Virus record (IMG/VR): IMGVR_UViG_3300049999_000454
Location: 1 to 26,239 of that record
Strand: one strand, 5' to 3'
Source of the DNA: a virus
Taxonomy: Duplodnaviria; Caudoviricetes
DNA length: 26,239 nucleotides
Shown one piece after another: positions 7,938 through 17,000 of the stretch. Both the position numbers and the translations under genes were made by a program. Position 1 is the first letter of the stretch; every line of letters begins with the position of its first letter. A model generated the notes under the pieces. It had not been told where the DNA came from. It ran no database searches and saw only the letters and a program-made list of their open reading frames with translations.

Positions 7938-8342
7938 ATGATTATTGATTTCAATCTGCAAATGTCAGATGCTCAAGCGGTGACATCAAGTGCCGCATCG
8001 ACCAACATCATTGATTTGGGTGCGGACCGCGACATTGGTCCGGGTGAAGAGATGAAGCTGGTGTTCACCTGTGACACAACGCAAGCGGGTACATCACCCA
8101 CAGTCACCTTTAAGCTGCAAACATCGGCAACAGCCGGTGGCAGTTATACGGACCTGGCGACGTCTCGCACTGTTGCCGCAATGACTTCGGGGCAAGCGGT
8201 CGTGATGGGTTTGCCAGATACAAATCTGCAATTCATTCGCGCTTATTTCACGATCGGCGGGTCCAGCATTACGGCGGGTGCTTTTAGCGCACAAATCGTC
8301 AAGGATGCTTCGCAGTGGCAAGCTTACAGCGACTTTGAATAA
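7938..8342 (+). CDS. Capsid cement/decoration protein (Bbp16-like)
   Basis: MIID..L.MSDAQAVT..AASTNIIDLG start, beta-rich, QFIRAYF near the C-terminus; follows the major capsid gene. Confidence 0.85.
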   Translation: MIIDFNLQMSDAQAVTSSAASTNIIDLGADRDIGPGEEMKLVFTCDTTQAGTSPTVTFKLQTSATAGGSYTDLATSRTVAAMTSGQAVVMGLPDTNLQFIRAYFTIGGSSITAGAFSAQIVKDASQWQAYSDFE

Positions 8343-8518
8343 TGAAAGTCCGCGCCACTAAACGGGGTTTTTATGGTGCGCTTCGAGAAGTGGGGTCGGT
8401 CTTCGAGATCGAACCCGCCGATCGGGGGTCTTGGATGGAAGTCGTTGATGTTCCCAAGCCCACGCCTAAACCCAATAAAAGAAAACCAAAAAAGATGAAG
8501 GTGTCTAATGGCGAGTGA
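8342..8518 (+). CDS. Small phage protein (58 aa), not in the ORF track
   Basis: My translation: MKVRATKRGFYGALREVGSVFEIEPADRGSWMEVVDVPKPTPKPNKRKPKKMKVSNGE. Coupled to the cement gene via TAATG and overlaps the next start; fills the gap exactly. Confidence 0.8.
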   Translation: MKVRATKRGFYGALREVGSVFEIEPADRGSWMEVVDVPKPTPKPNKRKPKKMKVSNGE

Positions 8519-9098
8519 AGTCAGTATTTGCAATTTGGCGCTGTCACACATTGGCGCCAATGCAACTATTTCCGCTTTGTCTGAACAGTCAGAAGAAGCG
8601 TTTCATTCTAATCTGCTGTATGCCGAGGCCCGTGATTCCGTGTTGCGCTCATTCCCTTGGGGATTCGCAAAACGGCACATTGCGTTAACTGATTCGGGGA
8701 GTCCGCCGGGCAATTGGCTGTATCGCTATGCCTATCCGAATGCCTGTCTGGTAGCTCAGGAGATATTGCAGACAGATGTAGCCAGCGATCCAATTAAGTA
8801 TGAACTGGCATTGAGCGATGCCTTTAATTCGCGTGTCATCCTGACTAACCAGGAGAACGCAGTGCTGATTTACACGCATTCGGTCACGAACCCACAGGTT
8901 TTCGATCCCTTGTTTGTGCAACTGCTGTCGTGGAAATTAGCGGCTGACCTGGCAATGCCTTTAACCAGGGACTATAAAAGGATGGAAGCGGCTTATCAGA
9001 TGTACACCAGCTTGACATCTGAAGCTAAAACTCTGGATGCCAACGAAAGCCAAATTACAGCCTCACGCGAGGCGGCGTGGATAACAGGGAGGGCGTAA
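8508..9098 (+). CDS. Tail adaptor / tail tubular protein A (T7 gp11-like)
   Basis: S.V.ICNLALSHIG, LR..PWGFA, W.YRYAYP..CL and FDPLF...L.WKLA motifs; 196 aa; synteny. Confidence 0.85.
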   Translation: MASEVSICNLALSHIGANATISALSEQSEEAFHSNLLYAEARDSVLRSFPWGFAKRHIALTDSGSPPGNWLYRYAYPNACLVAQEILQTDVASDPIKYELALSDAFNSRVILTNQENAVLIYTHSVTNPQVFDPLFVQLLSWKLAADLAMPLTRDYKRMEAAYQMYTSLTSEAKTLDANESQITASREAAWITGRA

Positions 9099-11393
9099 AT
9101 GCCAGTCAGCTACATTCAACCGTCTTTTACCGGAGGGGAGCTTTCGCCATCGTTGCACGCCAGGGTTGATCTTGCGAAATATGCGGTAGGACTGAAAACG
9201 TGTCGTAATTTTTTCGTGCTTTCCCACGGAGGCGTGAGCAATCGCTCAGGCACGAAATTCATTACTGAAGTCAAGGACTCATCGAAACAGGTCCGCCTAA
9301 TTCCCTTTGAGTTTAATACCGAGCAGACCTACATCCTGGAGATGGGGAATCTGTATCTGCGTATCATCAAGGATGGTGGCCAGATAACGTCGGGGGGTTC
9401 GGTCGTTGAAGTTGCCACGCCTTATGTGGAGTCTGATTTGTTCGACCTTCAATTCACCCAGTCTGCCGATGTGATGACTATTTGTCACAGAAACCATGCG
9501 CCCCGAGAGTTGTCGAGGTCATCGCACACCTCATGGGCCTTAGCTACGATAACATTTGGAGCGGCCATTGCCGCGCCCACGGGGGTGAGTTCGAGCCGCC
9601 AAAATTACGGATCATCAGGCACAACAAAGACTTATACTTATGTTGTCACTGCTGTGGATTCAATTACCGAATCAGAATCTGTTCAGTCAGCCAAAACGTC
9701 TATCACAAATCGATCGCTGAGTACCACAATCACCAATACTGTGACCTGGTCAGCAGTCAGCGGCGCCAATGTTTATCATGTTTATAAAACCAAGGGGGGC
9801 GTTTTTGGCTTCATCGGGAGAGCTGACTCAACTACATTTGTTGATGACAACATTGGGCCGGATATTTCGCTGACGCCGCAGAAAAATCGCATATTATTTG
9901 ACGCGGCGGGGAAATACCCTGCAATCGTCACCTATTTCCAGCAACGCTTAGTCCTCGGCCAAAGTGACAATGAGCCGCAAACGCTCTGGATGAGCCAGAC
10001 CGGCGTGTATAAAAACTTCAACACTTCAACGCCCTTGCGTGATGATGATTCAGTCACTTTCACGATCGCCGCGAGAGAGGTCAATGAAGTTAGACATATG
10101 ATGCCGTTGCAGTCGTTAATTGTATTGACGTCTGGCGGCGAGTGGCTTGTGAAGTCCAGTGTCGGTGATGCAATCACACCCACATCCATTAATTTAGAGC
10201 CTCAAGGCTATCGTGGCGCATCGACAGTGCCGCCGATATCCATTGGCAATACGGTCATTTATCTGCAATCCAAGGGCGCGATTGTCCGCGATTTAGCGTA
10301 TGCATTGGATTCAGACAGCTACACTGGCAACGACCTAACAGTTCTGGCCAGCCATCTGTTTACCGGCAAGACAGTCGTAGACTGGGCGTTTTCTCAAGCG
10401 CCCTGGTCCATTATCTGGGCAGTGCTATCCGACGGCTCATTAGCCGCGCTGACCTATCTGCGTGAGCATGAAGTGTGGGGATGGTCACGGCACGATACCG
10501 ATGGCACTTATGAATCAGTCAGCTCCGTGTCTGAAGGCACCGAAGATGCAGTTTATTTTGTCGTCAAAAGAACCATTAACGGCAACACTAAACGATATAT
10601 TGAAAGACTAAACTCCCGGGTATTTACCACTGTGGAAGATTCGTTCTTTGTGGATAGCGGCCTGACGTTTGACGGCACGCACACCGGCTCTACCACGATG
10701 ACGTTGTCGGGTGGCACAACCTGGGCGCACGGGGAATCAATCACCTTAACTGCCAGTGCGACGACATTTGTGTCGGGTGATGTGGGTAATGCGATTGTTT
10801 TGACTGTGGGAAATGAAACCTTGCGCTGCAACATCACCGCTTACACGAGCGCCACAGTAGTAACCATACAAGGCGCACGCGACATCCCGACAGCTTTTCG
10901 ATCTATAGCGTTGGGCATCTGGTCCAAAGCCGTAGACACACTCTCCGGCCTGGGGCATCTGGAAGGCAAGACTGTTTCGATACTCGCAGACGCAAACGTC
11001 GAGGTTCAACAAATCGTCACATCTGGCACCATAACTATCACTCATCCTGCCAGTAAGATTCATGTTGGCCTAGCAATTCAGTCTGATTTTGAAACGCTGG
11101 AGATTGAGAACTCGAGAGGCACCATCCAAGGCAAACGAAAAACTATTTCGGCGGTGACGTTGCGGGTCGAGAACACCCGAGGCGGAAAGGTTGGTCCCTC
11201 GCTTGATCAGCTCACTGAATTTAAGCAACGCGCCTATGAGGCGTATGGGGAGCCCACTGAATTGAAAACAGGGGACATCCAGGTGACAATTCCATCGCGA
11301 TGGAAAACCAATGGGGCCCTGGCTTTTAGGCAAGACGATCCCTTGCCAGTCACTATTCTGGCAACTATCCCGGAGATTGAGGTTGGAAAATAA
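9099..11393 (+). CDS. Tail nozzle / tail tubular protein B (T7 gp12-like)
   Basis: QPSFTGGELSPSL.AR.D, RLIPFEFN, QSADVM, YFQQRL, WGWSRHDTDG and QDDPLPVTILA; 764 aa, beta-rich. Confidence 0.9.
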   Translation: MPVSYIQPSFTGGELSPSLHARVDLAKYAVGLKTCRNFFVLSHGGVSNRSGTKFITEVKDSSKQVRLIPFEFNTEQTYILEMGNLYLRIIKDGGQITSGGSVVEVATPYVESDLFDLQFTQSADVMTICHRNHAPRELSRSSHTSWALATITFGAAIAAPTGVSSSRQNYGSSGTTKTYTYVVTAVDSITESESVQSAKTSITNRSLSTTITNTVTWSAVSGANVYHVYKTKGGVFGFIGRADSTTFVDDNIGPDISLTPQKNRILFDAAGKYPAIVTYFQQRLVLGQSDNEPQTLWMSQTGVYKNFNTSTPLRDDDSVTFTIAAREVNEVRHMMPLQSLIVLTSGGEWLVKSSVGDAITPTSINLEPQGYRGASTVPPISIGNTVIYLQSKGAIVRDLAYALDSDSYTGNDLTVLASHLFTGKTVVDWAFSQAPWSIIWAVLSDGSLAALTYLREHEVWGWSRHDTDGTYESVSSVSEGTEDAVYFVVKRTINGNTKRYIERLNSRVFTTVEDSFFVDSGLTFDGTHTGSTTMTLSGGTTWAHGESITLTASATTFVSGDVGNAIVLTVGNETLRCNITAYTSATVVTIQGARDIPTAFRSIALGIWSKAVDTLSGLGHLEGKTVSILADANVEVQQIVTSGTITITHPASKIHVGLAIQSDFETLEIENSRGTIQGKRKTISAVTLRVENTRGGKVGPSLDQLTEFKQRAYEAYGEPTELKTGDIQVTIPSRWKTNGALAFRQDDPLPVTILATIPEIEVGK

Positions 11394-11862
11394 GATAATC
11401 GTTGAAATTCGTGAAGTAAGGCCCGAGGACATTGTCACGTTAGCAAAGAACCTCCGGCGCAGTGATCGAATCGAAATTCGAGCGTGTACCTTAAAAGGCG
11501 CCTCGATCAAAGAAATTATTAGCGACTCTGTGGGGTATTCAACGTACTCCCGTGCGGGATTTGTTGATGGTGAATTAGCCTGTTTATGGGGGACAGGGCC
11601 GGTGTCGGTCATGGGGGGCGTTGGCATGCCCTGGTTTCTCGCAACAAACCTCGTCGAGCAATACCCGATGGTTTTTTTGCGACGATGCAAATCGGTTTTA
11701 GCAGAAATGAAAGGTCCGTACACGACCTTAGAAAACTGGGTGTATGCCAAAAACACCGGGGCTATACATTGGCTCAAATGGTTAGGGTTTACATTCGATG
11801 AGCCAAAGCCGTGGGGGCCCAGGGGAAAGAAATTCCAGCGTTTTTATATGGGAGATAAATAA
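11383..11862 (+). CDS. GNAT-like protein / internal virion protein A (T7 gp13-like)
   Basis: LR.SDRIE, G.PWFLAT and LENWVYAKNTGAIHWLKWLGF (GNAT N..A...L..LGF motif). Probable TTG start at 11383 after GGAG, overlapping the nozzle stop. Confidence 0.75.
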   Translation: MENKIIVEIREVRPEDIVTLAKNLRRSDRIEIRACTLKGASIKEIISDSVGYSTYSRAGFVDGELACLWGTGPVSVMGGVGMPWFLATNLVEQYPMVFLRRCKSVLAEMKGPYTTLENWVYAKNTGAIHWLKWLGFTFDEPKPWGPRGKKFQRFYMGDK

Positions 11863-11863
11863 T

Positions 11864-12358
11864 ATGTGCATTTTAGCGTTGGCCAGTGTTGCGTTGTCTT
11901 ACTACGGACAAATTCAAGCGGGAAAAGCTCAGAAACGGCAAGCCGATTACCAGGCCCAAGTCGCCACGAATAACGCGAAGATCGCTGAGTTTCAGGCTCA
12001 AGATGCCCTGGACCGAGGGCGTGTCAGAGAAGAACAATACCGCCAAAAAGTATCGCAATTGAAAGGGCAACAACGAGCGGCGTTTGCAGCCTCGGGGGTT
12101 GAAGTAGATCGAGGCTCAGCCCTCGGGACGTTGAGTGATACCGCGTATTTTGGCGAACTGGATGCTCTGACGATCCGCTCTAACGCGGAGCGAGAGGCAT
12201 ATTCCAATCGTGTGAGAGCGTCTAATTTTAAAGCCGAATCAACCTTGCTAACATTTTCCGGGAAGGATGCCCTTAGAGCCTCTAAGATAAATGCTTTCAG
12301 TGGGGCGTTTACCCAACTAGCGGGGTTTTCAAATCAAAGCGCCACCCAACAAGTCTAA
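11864..12358 (+). CDS. Ejection protein 1 (internal virion protein B, T7 gp14-like)
   Basis: GGAG at 11851-11854 precedes ATG 11864 (MCILALA). Hydrophobic N-terminus, Q/A-rich helices, QRAAFAASGV...GSAL motif. Confidence 0.8.
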   Translation: MCILALASVALSYYGQIQAGKAQKRQADYQAQVATNNAKIAEFQAQDALDRGRVREEQYRQKVSQLKGQQRAAFAASGVEVDRGSALGTLSDTAYFGELDALTIRSNAEREAYSNRVRASNFKAESTLLTFSGKDALRASKINAFSGAFTQLAGFSNQSATQQV

Positions 12359-12381
12359 AAAATTCAATGTGAGGGCCTAAA

Positions 12382-14061
12382 ATGCCGAAAGTTCCAACTT
12401 ACCAGCTCGGCCAAATTCAAAGCCAACCAGTAAATGCTGCGCAAAATATCAGCGCGCCGGCAGGTGCCTTTGGCGCCCGGACTGCGGCAGCTTTGATTGG
12501 TGCCGGCCAGGATTTGAATAAAGTCGCGACAGACAATATTAAGCTTCAGGGTCTGTTGCAGGACAGACATGACAAAGCTGTTTTGCGAGAAGCTGACAAC
12601 AACGGCCAGGAGTTCTTGCGGGAACTACTAACACTGGACTTTTTCCAAAGCAAAGGACGCAATGCATTAGACAGGCAAGAAGAAGTCGAAGACAAAATCA
12701 ATAGTTACTATAAAGGTATTGGGGAGAATTTACCGCAGCGCATCCAAGGTTCCTTTAGCGACACCTCCTCGGTTCGGGTTAATAACGCTCTAAATAAAGT
12801 CTCGAGCTATGCCATGAGTGAATTTGTTTCCTGGGAAAACGAGACATCTGATGCCCGTGTCTCATTGTTTGTGAACCAGGCGGCTGACAATGCGGGTGAC
12901 CTGGGGCAGATCGCCATTGCGTTGGGCGCCGGCGCGAAAGAAATAAAAGAAATGGCGGCCCGAGGCGGCTGGAGTTCGGACCAGTTAGAACTGAAGACCA
13001 AAGAGTTTACGTCTGAGGCACACAAAGCGGTCATCGAACGCTTCTTATCCAGTGATCAGCCATCCAGGGCCGAGCTTTATTACAAGAGCTTGCCGAAAGA
13101 GGCAATTTTAGGCACCGTCAAAGATGATCTTGAAAACGCGATGCTCAAGAACGGGGTCAAGAAACGATCGCAACGGGCGGCTGATACCATTATGAACGAA
13201 GGGCTACCCCAGACGGAAGCGATGAAGAAAGCCCGGCAGACTCAGTCGGGGCCTTTGCGTGAGGCAGTGGTTGCCCTGGTGAAGTCGCGTTACACCGAAA
13301 ACGATACTATTAGGTCGCGATACAAAAGGGATCAAGTGGATGCAGCCTGGAAATTCATAGTCAGCGGGAAACCAGTGACTGAATTAACGGCACAACAAAC
13401 CGCTTCATTAACCGGTCCGCAATTGAGCGCCATGATGAATTATGCACAGCTTAAATTAGAAGGCCAAGAGCCGGCTCAGAATAAGCAAATGTGGGCTGAG
13501 TTTAATGCGCTTTATTACAAGGCCGCAGACGGGGATAAAGAAGCCCGGGATAAGATTTTGGGTATGGAAATGTATTCAGAGTTTGTCAACCATTTTGATA
13601 ATACCCATTTTGATGAAGCGATCAGGATGCAAGGGACGTTGGTGGTCGGTAAAGGCCCTGCATCGGGTGACTCGACGAAGACCGTGAACCGCATTCTCAG
13701 TAATAAATCGGCAATTGATCAATCCCTTAAAGTTTTGTTCAGTAAAAAAACAACCGCTAAATTTAACAGCAGCCAGATTGCCTTTCAATCGTGGATGTAT
13801 AGCGAGGTGGGGCGTCGGGTTGATGCTTACGCCAAGGAGCAAGACATTAAGACGGTGCCGGATGAGGTGCGCAACAAAATCATCTACAACCTGACCTCCT
13901 CCTGGACCAAAGAAAACAGGTTCATAGATGACACATACAATCTAAAACACATCCCTCGAGAGGATCGTGATTATATTATTCAGAGAAGACAGAGCCAAGG
14001 TTTAGACATTGATTCGAGCAGCGTCATCCAAGATTGGCTGATAGCAACAGGGGAACTATAG
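12382..14061 (+). CDS. Ejection protein 2 (internal virion protein C, T7 gp15 position)
   Basis: 559 aa, MPKVPTY start, predicted helical by composition; lies between the gp14-like gene and the giant gene. Confidence 0.65.
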   Translation: MPKVPTYQLGQIQSQPVNAAQNISAPAGAFGARTAAALIGAGQDLNKVATDNIKLQGLLQDRHDKAVLREADNNGQEFLRELLTLDFFQSKGRNALDRQEEVEDKINSYYKGIGENLPQRIQGSFSDTSSVRVNNALNKVSSYAMSEFVSWENETSDARVSLFVNQAADNAGDLGQIAIALGAGAKEIKEMAARGGWSSDQLELKTKEFTSEAHKAVIERFLSSDQPSRAELYYKSLPKEAILGTVKDDLENAMLKNGVKKRSQRAADTIMNEGLPQTEAMKKARQTQSGPLREAVVALVKSRYTENDTIRSRYKRDQVDAAWKFIVSGKPVTELTAQQTASLTGPQLSAMMNYAQLKLEGQEPAQNKQMWAEFNALYYKAADGDKEARDKILGMEMYSEFVNHFDNTHFDEAIRMQGTLVVGKGPASGDSTKTVNRILSNKSAIDQSLKVLFSKKTTAKFNSSQIAFQSWMYSEVGRRVDAYAKEQDIKTVPDEVRNKIIYNLTSSWTKENRFIDDTYNLKHIPREDRDYIIQRRQSQGLDIDSSSVIQDWLIATGEL

Positions 14062-14062
14062 C

Positions 14063-17000
14063 ATGGCATTTACGGAAGAAGAATTGCAACGTCTGGATCA
14101 ACACTGGTCGGACCAGGGGAATACCAGCGCCAACGCTAGTGTATTGAAGGGTCAGGGCACGACGCCTCAACAATACAACGCCGACAAGAAGATGTCGGAA
14201 GAATCTCAAGTCCCTATGTCGATGGTGCCCGATGTCCGGGAAGACATTGCCCGGGACAGGGACATCCAGAAGGTTCAGTCCTTGAAGGCCACAGCGCCAT
14301 CGACATTCAAACAGATTGGCAATAGCGAACACGCGTGGCCACAGATGCAGGATGATTTAGATAACGTCGCGAACTTTGAAAATGTGCTGACTGAGTTCTC
14401 CAACGGCAACCTGACCAGGGCTATTGGTACGGCGGCAGATTTGGGCCTGACAAGCTTTGAAGAGGGTGTCGATTTCATTGGCACTCAGGTGGGTGAAGGG
14501 GTGGCAGAGTTAGGCGAGAGCTATCAGCATGGCGCTGATCTGCATGAAATGGCCTTGTTGTGGAACGAAAAATCGCTCAGAAATGAGCTAAACCCCGCAA
14601 AGCAAGCGCGCCTGGATTATCTGGTTGAAGCATCTAAACATGTACAGCCGAAGGAAGGGTTCAATCCCTTTGACCAAGCGGCTGAGTTGATAGGTCAGAT
14701 GGAACAGGGCATGCTCGCCGGTCTGGATCGCGGCTCCAAAACAGGTGTATTGGTGGGCACTGCCGCCGCATTTGGCGGACCTTTTACGTCTGCGGCGGCA
14801 TTTGTCCCAGGATTTTCAATCGGGTTTTTAACCGCAGTGACTGAAGATGCGTTTAAAGTGGAGCAAGGGCTTTCCTATCAAGAAACGATGGAGGCCACAG
14901 ACAATCATGATTTAGCAGTGAATGTCAGTGTGGTGGTCGGTATTTTAAATGCTGGCCTCGAGGTCGCGGGACTTAAATTTGTCTCGGCCCCGGTTAAAAA
15001 AGCCGTGAACAAAATGCTAACCCAGGGCGTGACACAAACGCTCAAGCAAACCAACATGAAGAATTTGCTCAAAGGCACTGCGACTGTTTACGGCACAGCC
15101 ATTGTGGGTGAAACTGGCACGGAAATGCTCCAGGAAATCATCAATTTTGCAGGGACTGAAATTGCCAAATCGATTGATCCTGAGATACATAAAACAGGTA
15201 CGATCGGTGAATTGACAGACCGCGTCATGGAGGTTGGCTGGAAAGTTGCCCAGGCAATGTCAGTGTTGAGCGTGCCTGGCGCCGGTGTTCATTACGTCAG
15301 CGGTCGTGGCCAGGTAGCCCAATCTGAAAACAGCGCAGAGTTATTTGAGCGTGTGCGCGAAGCGTCGGAAAACATTGAAACCCTGGACACGGCACCCGAC
15401 GAAATTAAAAGCATTATTCGTGATATTGTCGAGAAAGGTGATGTGGATGGCATTTATGTCGAGGCCGATCGCTTTATGCAATATTTCCAATCCGTGGGGA
15501 TTGATCCATTAGCGGAAGAGAACAAAGCAATTTTTGAGTCACTGGGTGTGGCTGACCAACTTGAGGAAGCCTCAAGCCGCAATGGTGACATTGTCATCCC
15601 GCTTGATAACTACATCAAGGATATCGTGCGGACCGAGCATCACAGTGGCCTGTCCCCCGACTTGCGTTTTCATTCAGGCGACTGGTCAGCAACGGAATCA
15701 AAGACCTGGCAAGAAAATAACCCGGAATTGATCCAGGACCTTCAGACCGAGTATGACGCGATGTTGTCGCAGCTTGAAGAGACGCAAAAAGGCGATGAAC
15801 TGTTTGAGTCAATCTATCAACAATTAGTCAATACCGGCATGGATGTGTCGTCAGCGGCCAAAAGTGCGTCACTGCATCGTGCCTTTGCTAAAACGATGGA
15901 GGCTCGTTTCGGCATCAGTCAAGAACAGACTTTGTCTGCGCGTGGCGTAAACATTCAGCGAGTGATGCCGGGTCCGCCGATCGAAAAAACACCCGCAGCG
16001 ATTAGGATTTTAGCGGAACAGTTAACCAGCCCAGCGCCGATCAAGACCGAATCGCAACTCAAAGGTTCGTCACTCATGAGCTTTCTTGCCTCTAAGGGGG
16101 GCTTGCAGGATGTAGGCGGCGAACTGGCAGCCAGGAACGCAGAGCTTTGGCACCAGGGTAAACCGGGCCAGGCCAAATTCATCAAAGATACCGGGATGAC
16201 CCTGGAAGCAGCGGCGCTAATAGCCCGTGAGCAAGGGTATTTGTTGGGTCTGGCGGATGATGAAGTGTTTGGCGCTAGTGACTCTGTGGGACAAACAGCA
16301 CTGCTAGAAGCGATTGACAAAGAGTTGGCGGGTGATCCTGTTTTTGCAGAACAAAACATTGATCGTGAGGCCATAGATTTATTAGACCAGCGCGAACAGT
16401 TAGTTGATTTTTTGGCACAAAAAGGCATTCATGTCGATCAGGCATCACGCCAAGAGGTCGAGCAAGCCCTGGCTGAAGCGGTCTTTTCTGATCAAGCGGA
16501 CCTGGCGGATGATGCCTATTTGCAAAGGGGCCATCTAAATACGCCCGAAGAAAAAAGGGATTGGGTGGTTTCTCAGATATCCGGTGAATCCAAGTTAAGA
16601 CAGGTCGAGAATAAGGAACTAGAACCAGTTGATGGTCTTGGAGAGTGGGAAACATTAAAGAATGAGGATTGGGTGTTTTCCGTTGATGACTCTTATTCAG
16701 GATCATCTTATATTACTCTGCATAAGATCACTAAGTGGGATGATGTGTATGGGCCAACGGCATGGGATGATGTGTCGATAAGATTTGCTGACCATGTTCT
16801 GCCTAGCAATTATAGTTTTGGCAGAACGGTATTGGACTTTTCAGAAGACTTTTACGTTGAATCATCTATGGGGAAAACTCCAGAGGATGCGCTTAAATAT
16901 ATTAGCAAAAAAGTGGGGCGTACTTTTGGCCTTACGAATGGTTACTATCAAACGAAACCCGCCGATTATGACCAGCTTAGCGGTGACGACAAGGTCGCGA

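Noticed and set aside
7920-7940. Capsid stop read-through or T7 10B-like extension
   Set aside because: TAG is followed after one codon by a second in-frame TAG, and no slippery site is seen.
11070-11777. 235-aa - strand ORF and other antisense ORFs within structural genes
   Set aside because: They fully overlap well-supported + strand genes and show no motifs or RBS support.
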